Shown here: piece after piece, positions 39,774 through 54,524 of the stretch
How positions within the stretch are numbered: position 1 is the stretch's first letter
How the letters are laid out: every line of letters starts with the position of its first letter
NCBI GenBank assembly: GCA_030141605.1
Contig: JAQGDQ010000825.1
Location: 1-64,000 of the forward strand
Direction of reading: 5' to 3'
Length of the DNA stretch: 64,000 nt
Source of the DNA: Tubiluchus corallicola
Lineage: Eukaryota > Animalia > Priapulida
Notes under the pieces: model-generated
What the model saw: only the letters and a program-made list of their open reading frames with translations
Database searches by the model: none
What the model was told of the DNA's origin: nothing
Made by a program: the position numbers and the translations under genes

Positions 39774-41066
39774 TCTAAGACGCATCTACTGTACAAACAC
39801 TGACTTAGCTGCGCATGTATGCTTACAAATATCTACATTTACCGCCAGTGCACTCAGCGATAGCTCAGCAGACTGTTTGCGACGAGGACAACCGGTCAAG
39901 GTATCAACGGATCAAAGGTTGCTTGTTAGTTTACACGAGCCAAGGTAAATTGAACTTCTCGGACTGTTGCTACAGGCTGATAAATCGGCAATCCCATCAA
40001 GCGACGAATACATCTGGGTTAGAAACCTCGTTTACAAAAGTAACAAAAAAAGTCCAAGTAAGAGTTCAATAATTGGTGAATGAAACTGACCAAGGCGAGT
40101 ATTGAACCCAGCGGCAACCGACCAAGTTCGGAGTCGCTTAGCTTCAATCGCAAAAGCACGCCCGCCGTGACTACTCGGTTATGAAACCCGCTATTAACAA
40201 TGTCGAAAGAAACTTAGACACCTCATACGAGTCTTAAACTGAAGAACTTAAATCATGCCCCTGCCTTGACAAAAAAATGCCAGTTTTGCCCATGATTTGC
40301 GTCATATCAATTCCCAGAATTATTAAAATGCACAACATCAGTGGCTTCATCAAGCGTAATTTGCAGTGAGCTGTGCTTCGCAGATGCAATGCACGAAATG
40401 TTGTGTAGAGAAATCAATACATCATGACTGGGCTCTGAGTACAACGAACCAAGAACTTGCCTTGGGTTCTACTGTACGTTGACTACATGCATGGCAGCAA
40501 TATAAAATCTCGTGCTAAATACCATAATAAACCGACGCCACAGTGCCAGTGTAAAGTGCAAATGCAGTAATGGAATATTTCGCGTTCATAGCAAAACTGT
40601 CAGTTACTTTAAATGCTATAACTAAATGGTAAAGACAGACAACAGTGTATGAATTTCGTTTACACCCCGATGCTACAACTTTTTTGCTTTCAATCATACT
40701 CAACCTATCTCCTGCTTATGTTTAGGTACGCGCTTAAACAAAATTTTCTTGTGACATGTCAATAAACTTACTACTAGTAGAAATAATTGATGTTTTAAAT
40801 GTTTTTAATAAGTCTTAAATGATTTCCATTTAGCGAACACGGTATTTTTGTCCAACACGGCATGCCGTGTGCGCTTAACAGTTTAACCTTGCCAACAGCA
40901 TGAACCATTGTAATGATAAACATACAGTATCCGCCTCATGTGGCATGTGATGAATGCTGTATCCGTAACTAGGCTGTATCTTGTATCTACGCATATACTG
41001 TATACTGCAGTTTACAAGTAGTGCTTAATATTATACTGTACCACGTTATTTTAATATTAAACTTAC

Positions 41067-41370
41067 CCGTCGTAGGAGCGGATGTGGTAGTAGGATCAGT
41101 GTTGAACTGAAACGCAGACGTTGACCTATGGTTGCTCGGTCCGGTACCCGCTGTCGCTGGAGTTGTCAACTTATCCTCGACAAGCGTCGGCGTTATAGCC
41201 GTAAACGTCGGTGTCGACAGCGGCCCGTTCTTGTACGAATCCAGATTAACGGCTAGGTGTTGGTCAGCTAAAGCTACCTTAGAAAGTGTGTGCAGTCCAT
41301 CCATAATCATAACTGCCCGCTTTTTGTCACCGTTATAAAATCCATAAAATAAAGACGCTGTGTTGATCAT
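41067..41370 (-). CDS. EGR: EGR coding exon 1 (start at 41370, or at 41310 giving MIMDGLHTL...)
   Basis: Open frame ending ACG G|GTAAGT, phase 1, joins exon 2 in frame (567 aa from the first ATG); directly downstream of an immediate-early-type promoter. Confidence 0.8.
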
Positions 41371-41509
41371 TTAACAAAATACCACAATATAAACAATAAA
41401 TAAAAACTTGTCGATGCGTGGGTGTGCAGTTGTATTTACCGCATCTCTTGCACGTGCGATATCTTATCCGTTTACCTCAAAATGTCAGCCAAGTTATGCG
41501 CTCTAAGCC

Positions 41510-42060
41510 GACTCGACTTATATGAATGAACCACAACTATTACTCTCTTGGATTTTGTGAATGAAACTCTGACGTAGCGCCTTCCAAATATGGTATAGGG
41601 GCCGCGGACGAGCCAATCAGCTTGCAGCTGCTGTTAGCTACGTCGTGGTGACGTACGCGTGACGTCGTACGTCTGAAGTGCCGCTTCATTCACTTGAATG
41701 CGTAACTATACAGAATGCAGTGATCAATATACGGTAGTAGTTTGGAAAACGCGTATTTCTCGTAATTTCGCGCGGGGTACTTCTATATAGAAGTGCGTTA
41801 CGTACAGCTACAGAAACCACGTAAAAACAAACAAAATGACGAATTACATATCAAAAAATTGCAAATAAAAGCTCCCAGCTCGCTCCCCTTCCTAAGAATT
41901 TTAGAACCGGCTATGCACCACTGCACTCAAATTATTTTGAGCTCTCCCATATATGGGCGCCGAATTTTACCGAGTATTCCCGAAGTTAAATGCGGCTTCT
42001 ACGTATCACAGCGTCACGGCCGAAAACGTTTGCAAATGCAGGGGTGCCTAATAAGGTTTC
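41510..42060 (-). promoter_or_regulatory. EGR distal promoter with serum-response elements and CRE-like sites
   Basis: CArG boxes CCAAATATGG 41584-41593, CCATATATGG 41947-41956, CCTAATAAGG 42047-42056; TGACGT at 41570, 41649, 41660; CCAAT ~41613; TATA-like CATATAAG 41517-41524. Confidence 0.8.
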
Positions 42061-42769
42061 GAACAGTGACGAAGTTGCTAATGTTAGGACTTGGTGTCTT
42101 TGCTTCTGAAATGCACGTTTTACATAACTAACATCAGTTATATAGTGGAATGAGTTTGCTACGATAAAACATTTGTACTCATACTCATTTGAGAATCATT
42201 CTGTATTCAAAAACCTGAGTTTAAAATGATTAAAGCCTGACTTAGTCTGTTTTAAGCAAAGTTCAAAAGGCAATCATGTGACCTCGCCCCTCATTAATTA
42301 ATTATTTATTTACAAACATTATTTTCCAAATTTTTAATAACTAAAAATGCAACCAACTCACAAGATTTTCCATTAAAAACTAATAAATAGCAATTAGTAA
42401 TAGCGTGCTATTTAGTAGCATCACCTTTGTTTTTACAAGCAATACTAAACTGTAATAAAATGCTGTGTGTTACCATACTGAAAAATAAATACATGTATCA
42501 GATTAAAGCATAAAAATTACAATTTTAACATCAAAGTGGTGAACGTAACAATGAAACTTAGTTACTTAGATGCCTCGTTGTGTACATTAAAGATACATTA
42601 AAGATACATTAAAGATACGTATATATTAAAGACGTCTTTACTAGCCTAAGTAATTTACATGCAATTTTATAGTTTTTGCCTTTTAAAGAACGTTTTTTAT
42701 TCGACTGACGACATACACAGTTCTGTTTGTTATCGTAAAAGAAATAACAATTGGAACTTATCAATGTAT

Positions 42770-43222
<453 letters not shown>

Positions 43223-43992
43223 CTTTTATTTATCTTCTAACACACGCACAGTTATAATACAGTTAATTTGGCAACAAAAATGTGAAGAAAGGGCAGCGAA
43301 GTATATACAGATATATATATAATTCTGTGACATAACGCAGCTCCACCGAAGTCAGATTTTGGTTTTAATTTCTCATTCTAGGACAAGCGCTGTTCAGTAC
43401 ACTAACAAATTCATTGATTGAACGCGGGTTCAACATACGAGAAGTTTGCCGCGGTTACACTGCATTATTGACCTACATTACACTTACTGTAGATGTGCAA
43501 GAATATCTTTCACCAGAGCTGCCATGTACTTAGTTTACTGTAGGTACAGCCAACCGAACTTCCGGCCAAACTCCAGGGTAAGGTCAGTTATTTTAACTTA
43601 TCACCGCCATCGCTCCATGCAGACATTAATACACATTCTAAACTTTATTTTGTTTTCGCTTAATTCTGTTAAAATAAAAAATGCAATTAATAAACGTAAC
43701 AGAAGAAGTAGTAAACTCATGCGTTTGATTTTTTTAAAAGAGGAATGCTATAAAAAGATTCGACACAGAAAATAAAAAAAAATGATACCTGAATGAACAA
43801 GGAGACCAAAAGACGTTGAAAATAAGAAATTCATGAATTTTTTTTTGGTTTATGGTCAATGTGGTGAAAGCGAGGAATGGGACTGAGTAAACGAAGTAAA
43901 TTGACTACATCTTGACGCCATTTCTGTACATGTGAAAAATGATGGGTTTAGTGGCAATTTTTGAGAAATGGCGGAAGCTTGAAACTTAAACA

Positions 43993-44594
<602 letters not shown>

Positions 44595-45994
44595 CACTCA
44601 ATACACTCAGAACTTCACTCTTTCCATACCATCTGATTGTTAATACAATTTTCTCTACAGAGGACTTATCTTCACTAATAATATTTCAAAATTGTGGAGT
44701 CTTTTAATGTGCAGTCTCGCACATTGTGGAGGCTTTTAATATGCAGTTTCCCCACTTTGCAGAGGCTTTTAATTCGCTGTTTCGCACAATGTGCGTTTAT
44801 GATTAGCAAAACTCGTCGTTGGTTCTCGGTAATTATGTTTGGTCAATTTAGTTAGAATTTGCTTTGACATTTTTTTATTAAAACAGCTTAATTCTGCTGT
44901 CACACTGTATACATTTATGTACAGCATTGAATTTTGAAAAATTGATTTCGTTTCCGTATCATTTCGTGTGTTTAGGGCTTCGCGCATATAACAGTCTCAG
45001 CACGGCAGCGTGTGTAATTATTATCAATTACAACTGCACAATTTTTGTGGCATCTGTAGCGTGTAATGTTTCAAAACGTGTGCAAACAAGCTTAATTAAT
45101 GCACACAATATTTAAATATTTGAATTTTCCTAGTACGCTAACATTTTTCATCTGTGGTGACTGTCCAGCGCCCAGTCCGCAATGCGTACTTAAATTCGGC
45201 TTACGTACACACCCCTTCGCAAAAATGTTGTGACCCAGATTTACGAGTGATGTCATATAAACCGCCAAAGAATGTAGCTGCTTAGTCATTTCCGGCTGTA
45301 AAAAAGAAGTCTCTCTGTTACCATTGATCACGATCAAAGCGCCGATCAGCAGTATTCGTTATTTGCCAACGTAGATAACGAAGAGAGTAAAAAGGTTATT
45401 CTGAGTAATTTAGCTGTGGTATCATTTTGGCCGGCATAATTCTGCGTCATAATTGTTGAGAAACATCATATTATAACAGAGTAACTGTATTTACCGACTT
45501 TTAAATGAAAAAAATGAGGATTTTTTATTGTTTCTGTCATATTTTTTGTTTTGTACGTTCACAAAAGTTTATGTTCATTTATTTTTAGAGAGTAGCACAT
45601 AGATTAAGCATTGAGGCGTTCACTGTAATGTATTTTTGTAAAATATCTACTGTTAAGATAAGTTTCATTTGTTTGACTTAAAACTTTTTAAAATTAATGT
45701 TAAATAATATCCAAGCGTATGGCTCGACATAATTATAATTTGGACTCATTGCAAAAAATTCTTATCTACTTTTATCCGCATACGAGTTTTCACTGTACAA
45801 CGCATAAGCAGCGTCCTCTCTTGGCATTTTTGTAAAGATCCTGACTAGGGTTTGCCCCTACCAGGCCTTATGTCCCACCATAAAACTGTTTTATATATCA
45901 ATAAAGCGTTACATAAAGTCCTTGTATTAAAACAGTCTGGAAATCACAATAAAGACGTGTGAATTGAACCCCGGTCTCGAAACTCTTGGTTTTG

Positions 45995-46275
45995 AATCGA
46001 CAATATTTGAGCATCATCGGATAAGCTTCACAAGAATGCGTCTTCAGTCACATAGGCTGGGGATAGAAACGGGTAGATGGGCGAGACAGCCAAGGGAAAA
46101 TAGGTTATGTTCTCGTGGGGACATTCAAACTGAGAAACACGTTATACAGACACGCCCCCTAACATCAAATATTAGAAACCGCTACGACAATGTAAACTTT
46201 GCTGATTTAACTCACTTCTTTGAGCACACTAATTGTTATATAATATGTTATGAAATTTTGCAACTTTCATGCTGA
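45995..46275 (+). mobile_element. Non-LTR retrotransposon C-terminal fragment (RTEX-like)
   Basis: TRMRLQSHRLGIETGRWARQPRENRLC..IQTEKHVI motif. Confidence 0.78.
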
Positions 46276-49200
46276 TGTACCTTGTATGCATAACACTGTT
46301 TTTAATGCAATAACCTTGAGTATGAAATGTACGTAAAGTGACAATCTGAACTAAAATCACTAATGTGTCGATTGTGGCATTGACCTCGTTCTTCGTGTAT
46401 ACATGTGACTTGTTTTAGTCAATAAACTACATACATTCATACATACGTTAGACGTAGAAACTAGTACATACATAGTGTGTTGGACACGGCAAAACGGCAA
46501 CGACAAAATATCAGTTGATGATACTGTTAACAAGACATAAGGAAAGGGGGTCATGGAAATAGACAAAATTAACACATGTGTCCTTTTCGCTGTGATATAT
46601 TTACATGTACCATTTTACCTACGTTCATAACGTTTGAGCCCCCCCCCTGCGAAATGAAGCCAGTGGGATCTTATCACTCCAACCTTTTAAAATAGTAATT
46701 TAGTATTAGTTAAATAAGTAGTTACAATCAAGAGCTAATTTTCTTCTGTCAAAATCCCGTTTTTACTTTGACTAAAGGATACAAAGAACAAAAAAGGCAG
46801 GAGCTCAAGCCCCCTAGCCTTCCCCATGTTAACGCGCTGGATAGATGCCCAGACCTCTAACACAGAAAAATAAGCTACGCATGTCTAAATGCCTATTGTT
46901 TGAAGCTTCCAATACTTGAGCAAAATAACGTGCGTTCAAATAACCAATGTGTCCAGACCGACTTGTGTCTAAATGGACTGTATGTGCCCAAATACATAGC
47001 TTGTATGCAAGTTACGTGTGTCCAAGTGTCTCTCCAAAGTCCCTATATGTACTCAAAGGTAAGTGTGTTCAAATTACTGTGTGCCCAAAGTACCTTGAGT
47101 CCAAATGACCAATGTGTCTCAAGTACTTTGTGTCCAAATGTCTGTACACCTAATGTAAACGTAATTGAAGTTGGTAGAACATATTGATGATAGATTGATT
47201 TTATTCGTTCGGGAAACTGAAAGTATTTTGCCGTAGTAGCCAAGTTATTTGTACTTGAATTGAATCTCTTGGTCTATAAAACAATTTTGCGTTTGTACTC
47301 AAGAAATGACACTATAGACACGAAGTAGTTACTAAACATAATGGCCAGTATAGACTGAAAGTGCCATAAACAACAGCTTGTAAGAATTGCAAAACGTATT
47401 AAATAATATGGAAATTGTTGATTCTGAATATAAAGGTGACTCTTGTGCCCAACCTGTGCAGCACACGGTACTTGACACGGCAGTATATAAGAATGTTTGC
47501 CACATATTTTACATTTTTGCGTGAGTATAAGTAAATAAAGCTTACATGGTACGACAGTTTTGAGGGATCGTCCCTTTTTATTGAGCCTCTCATTTATAAA
47601 AGTTTTAGTAATACAAGATTAAAGTTTATACTTCTGCCACACACAGTATATTGAACAAATCAGAATACGTTATCATTTTCCTTACGATTTTACTGCTAAC
47701 ATTATGGTTGTTGCCGGTACGATTGTTTGTCATTGTTGTAGGTGGAGGAAGCGGAGGCATCATTGTTGTAGGAGTGTGCAAGTGTCATTGTTGCTGTACT
47801 TCATAGTATGAAACAGATCTGTGTTTCTGAATAAGCTATTAATTGCTAGCAATAATATGGGCACCATGTAGCATGATTTTTTAATACTGTGCTTTAATTG
47901 TATCCCTAACTAAGTGTAGTACGAAGTATTTTGCAGTTTACATTTTCATACTTTTGCATCGTGTCTCTGCTGAACTTCTTTCTAATTCATTTCTTTTCTC
48001 TATCTCTGTCTATTATTTTATCTCAACTACTCCCTGATTTCCTATAATTCTCTCTCTTCTAAATTAAGTCGTTTTTTCACTTTTCATGGTGATCTTACAA
48101 GCTTTGCTTCTTGACCACCATGCAGCATCTATTTCTTGTTGACAAACTATTATGTAGTTTAGTAAATATGTTAGTATACTTCTGTTAAATTTTTGTAATT
48201 ACATTTGGAATTTTTTCCCTAACTATATCATGCTATAGTACACTAATGTAGTTCTGTTACAATTATTGTAACTATATTTCATTTTCTAGTTACAGGGCAT
48301 AATAGTTTAAGATAATAATGCAAATTGTAATGTAAAAATACATGCTGAAGTGATAATAAATTACAATTACATTTACAATTACAAGTATTTAGTAAGGTTT
48401 GAAAGGCGAAGTGAGGTTTTGCAGAACAATGCTTCACGTTTGTTCCTGCTTTTCATTTAAAAGACGGGAATTAAGTAGCGTTCATGTAGCACGCGATGCG
48501 CTTTGGGGGGTGCGGAATAGATATAATCAGTTTATATTGTTTTCAATGCAGCCTGCGTACGCGTTATTCTTTTTCTTCAGCTATTTCCTTTGAATTCTTT
48601 CCGCAGGCTGTTCCGCAATGGAAAACGCATCCGTATGCTGCGTAAACTCCATTTTAAATTGGAGAAGTTGGTAAAAAAAACAAAAAAAAAATCTGTTGCT
48701 TTGCCTTGCTAAACAGCCATTTCATTTATTTACCAATGGCGCAAGTAATTTTAACATTTTCTTTTGTTTGAAGGCAAAAAGAAATCTGTTTACATATGTG
48801 AAAATTTGCAAAAAATATAATTAGGAAATGATTTTGAAATGTCGAGATGATCAATAACACTGAAGATACGTGCGTGTACGTCTCTATTACAGTTCATTGT
48901 GTACAAGTAAATACATATGGAATTCAATTGCTCCAGCTATTAAAAATGCCAACTCGCTGTCCGTATTTAAAAAAAATATAAATTAAACTTACTTGAAACA
49001 TATAACTGATCACTCAATCATGATTTGTTGTTTTTCATTTTCAAAAACTTCCCCTCTAGTATAATAATATTTTTATTACTTCCCACCCGTATTTATATTT
49101 ATATATATTGTAATATTGTATCTGTATATATTGTAATTTTTTTCGTAACTAATTCTAGTGGCCTACCATAAGCTAGCTTCTTAGGCCTCTAGTGCAGTAT

Positions 49201-49493
49201 TCATGAATTGTATCATATTTTTGTATTAACAAAACCTGATTATCGTGCATATGTAATGTAATGTATATGTTTATTGCGAAATAAATCTATTAAAAAAACA
49301 AGCAGACTTATAAGCTTTAATAATATCAACTTTTTAAACGGTAACAATCTATTTTAGAAATTTTGAAGCTTTTAGAGCAGCCAGCTTCACAGCAGTGCAT
49401 GCATATTTCTTTTGCATGCACAAAAATACATCTGGAAATTGCGGGAAAGCTAAAACGTTGAAATTACTCGCATCAGTTCATGATTGAAAGTTT

Positions 49494-49953
49494 CAGGGGT
49501 GTGCAAATTATCTGACTAGCCGGGCCACATTAAACTTTCCTGCAATTCCTGCGGGCCGCAGGCAGTTTGATCAAGGAGCCAAGTACAGTAAGGTCTAATA
49601 AGGATTTTTTGCATCTGACCTGCGTACATCATTACTACTACACTCAAGAAACTATTTTAGAAGTTATTAAAATTTATATTACAAAGCATATATTTCTACT
49701 TTCAGGACAGATAGTGGTAATTTCATTACAATGCATATTAGTAATGTGTATCACACAGTCTGTGTAGTACAGTGACATTAAGCTACAACCGTCTTGTTAA
49801 GGGTTAATGGCATCCGATCTAGTAGAAAAAACTACCCGCACTATCTTTAGGATCGTGGCACGGACTTCAACTGGATACACTCAATTAATCGCCCGGGCCG
49901 CACTTTCATTAGGTTGACAAATCTTTTCGCGGGCCGCAATTTGCACACCCCTG
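49494..49953 (+). mobile_element. hAT (Charlie-like) MITE family A, copy 3
   Basis: CAGGGGTGTGCAAATT...AATTTGCACACCCCTG; near-identical to the reverse complement of 3642-4116. Confidence 0.88.
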
Positions 49954-50720
49954 ATTGAAACGCAATCTTTAAAGCAAGCGTCAGTTGTGCGTTGATGCGT
50001 CGTAAGCATTCTCACACAATAAACTTTGGTTTTGACGCCAATAATTGACGTCATATACTGTCGAATAAAAGCTGATCAATAGTAACTATGGCAACAAAAC
50101 GCCGCTATTAAGCAAACGCGTTCAAGCTGCCTTCTTCAGGTCAGTGTAACTGTAACTTGGTAAGCAATTATCAGCAGAATATCAACACAGTGAATCTTAC
50201 GCAACAAGTATAAGGAAAAAGTGGATTAGAAATTTGAAATAACAATGCTCAGTAGGTAAATAGACGTGATTCACTAAAATTTAGTTGAAAAATGGCTATT
50301 TACGATTTTGCTGGAATTCTTTGCCCCTCAAATTTCACCATATCAAGTCGCTTGATAGTTTAAACAAGTCAGGAAACGTACTTTTTAATTTAGCATTGTT
50401 TTTATTATTTTACTAATTTTTTATGTTTTCATGATTTTTCCTTTTTTTCAATGTACTTTTAAGTCAATTAATGTCCTTGGTCTCTTACGTTTAATATATT
50501 TTAAGAAATAATTTTTTTAGTAATTTTGATGATGTTTTACTTGTAAAATGCATTTGATCATCACCTAAAATGCATTAAAAATATTCAATTATTAATAATT
50601 AATAAGAATGTAGAATTTATTAGACAAGAATTTGGGACATGTACGTAGATGAAGACAATCTGTTTTTACATTGTGCTGCCGTCTAGTGGCAGTGTATGCA
50701 AGTTTCTGTAGAAAAGCAAG

Positions 50721-50744
50721 ATGGACGACTTTCCTCTCAATTTG
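50721..50744 (+). CDS. NRBF2: NRBF2 coding exon 1 (MDDFPLNL)
   Basis: ATG...TTG|GTAAGA; matches human MEGPLNL|AHQQ. Confidence 0.85.
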
Positions 50745-50918
50745 GTAAGACTTGTTTATTAAATACTAAAAGTAAAAACTAAACTAAACTTTAAAGCCAA
50801 TCAATTATAAGTAATAAAGTTTCAGATGGAAGACGATGTTGCAAACGTCAAAATAGAATACACGATTCTGCGTCGATACGTGACGTACAAATGCTTCTGT
50901 TTATTTTCTATGTTTCAG

Positions 50919-51003
50919 GCTCATCAACAAGAAAGGATTGCAGAGAAGTTAATTAAACAAGGCAAATTTAAAGAAGCATTACTGTGTTATCAAAATGCCG
51001 CAG
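50919..51003 (+). CDS. NRBF2: NRBF2 coding exon 2 (MIT domain, 85 bp)
   Basis: TTTCAG/GTATGG bounded; AHQQERIAEKLIKQGKFKEALLCYQNAA vs human AHQQSRRADRLLAAGKYEEAISCHKKAA. Confidence 0.9.
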
Positions 51004-52989
51004 GTATGGTTGTGGTTTTCTCATACACTTTTCCTCGGTTTATGCTGTACGTAATGGTTTCTAATTGTAAGGATGTTGATTATTTTAGCTAGAGAATAAT
51101 GTGGTAGAGTAGTTTTAACTGGCCGATTAGCTTGCTAGTCAGACAATAGCTTTAGCTTTTAACTTGGTACTCGTCTGTTAACTGCATACTGTATGATAAT
51201 TAATCCGGAATCTCACGTGCGTGCACACACGCACATTTGCAAGTAATTATTCAGATAACGTTAAAATGGTCATAGTAAATTTTTACAAGCGTTTTAAGCT
51301 CCGTCAGTATCCTTTTTGTATACAAGGGATCCTTATTAATGACAGGGCAGAATGATTTTAAGAACATCTTTCCAGTCATTTAGCAGATTTTTTCACATCT
51401 GCCTTGCACGTTCTGTAGAGAATGATCCATATACATTTTTCTCGTATCTAAAATGAACAAAGTTACATTTGTAACCGTGGATATAGCTTGCATGCTATAT
51501 TTCGTATGATGTAGTTCAGACGGCTTCTTTGAGTCCTTCAATTAGAAGACCATTTACTGCTGCAATGGAACCCATTTTTCTTCATAAATATTTAGAACGA
51601 AGTAACTTGGTCTGTTCTGACGTCACAACTATAAAAACTGATGTTGCATGAACGAGACCAGCATCACAACGAAATAAACCACTTTATAGAGTTGCTATGC
51701 AAGCTAGTAACAAAATAGAAATATTTTGGTTATATTTATTTGTTTTGTTTGAAAATCAAAAAAGTACTGAAACAGCACAAGGTTTGTTACAAGAAACAAA
51801 TGAAAAACATGTATCAATTTTCAACATAAGCCTAACTACAGGAACAGGCATATAGCAATATACATATTTTCAATAGCCTTATGCTTAGCAAATACTTAAA
51901 TCCACATTAAAACAGCCGTACCACTTTTCTGTGTGACCGTACATAGATGACAGATCACCATTGACTATATAGGTAGTTGAAAGTAAAAATAAATTGGACT
52001 GAAAAATTCAAATTGTCCAGTTTGGTGGTAATTGTTACCTAGTTATTATCCAAGTAAATTTAGAGGCCATTAAATAATCAAGCTTGTCTTTTTGCGATAA
52101 CATATAGTCTGTTTTTTGCCATTTAAACTTGCTTTATGTACTTATTGGATTCTGGGGCGTATCAACACTTTACTTCTCGCCCATCTCTATTGTGAATTTA
52201 TAGTTGTTTATGTAATGATTTGGTTGAACAACTATTTGTGGTGTATAAGAAACACTATTAACTTAGTTTCTACGTGGTCATTGTTAATTACATGTATTTG
52301 CGTACCGCTTATATTCAAACAGGCTGCACAACTTCTTGTTATGTAATACCTTGCACCTGTTCATTATGTGAGACTTAATGTTTTTCTTGAAGTAAGACAC
52401 AAGTTCAAACATGAACACATCAATATTAATTATTTACCGTACCTTTACATAATTTATAAACTTAATACACCTTAAACATAAATGGCATATCTCTTTAAAC
52501 TTAAAAAAATAACTAGGTTCGAAATGTATTAATATAACAGATAATATGGTCTTATTATTAGATTTTTTTAGTCGTTTTCGGTCGATAATCATATTAAAAA
52601 TAGCATTAATAATATACAGTTATTTGTTATTCATTTAGTTTAAAACCAGTATGGCCTTACACGTACATGCAACTTTGCTTCTTTTAGTGTCACTATTGCA
52701 TAGTCAAATTAGTTTGTTAGCTATTTTGCTTTTAATTAGGTAGTTTTGCCCATAGAACTCGGCTTAACTAATTTTGTTTTACAGAAGTTTACTCGGCGTT
52801 ATAAAATGCGCCCTTTAAGTAAATATGAAATTATACACATTTTCCGAAGAGAATAAGAATTTTTTCTAAAATGTGATGCTCTCAAACTTTGGCTCCCTAG
52901 GCTGTAGCATAGTTAGCCTATTGGTTAATACGCCCCTGATTAGATTTTATTCTAAATAATAAATAAACTTTGATTCTTTTAAATGACAG

Positions 52990-53660
52990 GATATTTGGAT
53001 AAAAGCATGTGTCAGACTTCGGATCCGGTCGCTTTGCAGTCTCTACAGTTGCAGAAGCAACGTTATATAGACCACGAACAGTTAATGACTAGTCAAGCCG
53101 AACATTACGAATCTTTGCGCAAACAGAAGTCCGAACCTAGTGTAAACCATCGTGAAGCGTCAACTGTTGATGCAGACCTTCAACAGGCTCTTTCGAAGAA
53201 CTTCGAACAATACGACACGCTTTTGCAGGTGTGTTTTCAAAAAGCTGAAACTCCGGAAGACGTGTTGGCGCCCAAATCGCAAGATGAAATCATTCGTTCG
53301 GCCATCAAATTTCCGAAACCCGAGCAGACGGTGATCGAGGAATTGCAGCTGAATAAGCAAGAGTTGCGTAATTTAATTCAAGATTTGACACAACGCTTGG
53401 AGGTGACAGAGCAAGAAAATCGCAACCTGAGAATGGCGAATAAAAGACTGTCAGAGAAAGTGCGCGAGTTGACCGACCGAGTGAAACGTTTAGAACATAG
53501 TGATCTTAAATCTTTGTCGAACTCAAGTGCCAGTTTAAACATCGACCTGAAAGACAGCAGTAACATTGCTCTTTCTAGTGGTCAACACAGCCCTTTAGTG
53601 ACTACAAACATTGATCTGCCAGAGCTCGCTCCTTTAGAATTGCCACACTTTGAATATTAA
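52990..53660 (+). CDS. NRBF2: NRBF2 coding exon 3 (end of MIT domain, coiled coil); spliced protein 259 aa
   Basis: Phase 1 join; ALQSLQLQK, KFPKPEQTVIEELQ..N.EL coiled coil, C-terminal LPELAPLELP. Confidence 0.9.
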
Positions 53661-54524
53661 TGCTGGAGTTTGGGTCGTTAAGGGATGGTGACTCTCGTGT
53701 TTTGGATATAAGCAAGTGGTGCCTCCTGGTGTTTGTTTTTCCTAGTTTAGACAGGTGAGCTAGGTCAGGAAATAGGCCATTGGCCTCATTTCACAGTTAG
53801 GATATGAAAGTAGTGAGTCACCGGTATGCGGCAAAGATGTAAGTTTCATTTCTTCACATTTCGTCATGTCATATTATTGTTAATTATCATTATACCAGTT
53901 ACTTAATGTTTTGACGTTGGCTTAGCAGAAAGAATTTTTAATTTTTCTTCAGATAAAACGAAGTCGAACGCATGTCGCGTACATCTCGCAAAAATTACTG
54001 TACCAGGCTGGCATAAATAGGGTCTCTTGTTTTATATGCTTAATTCATTGGTCAACTGTTCTTGTATATATGTTTTATATAACTCATTATATAGAAGGTA
54101 ATTTTCGTTCTTTGATGCTGTGAAGCCAGATTGTATAAAACTTTAATAAATTTTGAACATCAAAAAACAGTCTGTAGGTGTTAGTAACAGTTTATATCAT
54201 CAAGTTCTGTATGTGAATTCTCTGTTTTAAATCCATCTTAGTGAAGGTTGATCACGCATGTATACAAAAATGTATGTAGAAAAAGTAGCCGATAACAAAA
54301 CATCTCATAATGATATGTTCCATACATGACACCAGCTATATTATTCTTTCACAGTAAAATAACCAATAATTTCAATGCAAGCATGCTAGTTTTTGATGCA
54401 CTAGTGCAGCTAACAAAGTGTCTGAGGAATCACTTTACCTGACGTCACATGTGAACTTGTCTTCACTTGAAGTCACACTTGACTTGTCAAGTTCAAATAT
54501 TTTGGGTTTCACAAAATGTCTAGC

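Noticed and set aside
50826-50918. ATG at 50826 (and ATG at 52983) as the NRBF2 start
   Set aside because: Both are intronic; the homologous start is MDDFPLNL at 50721
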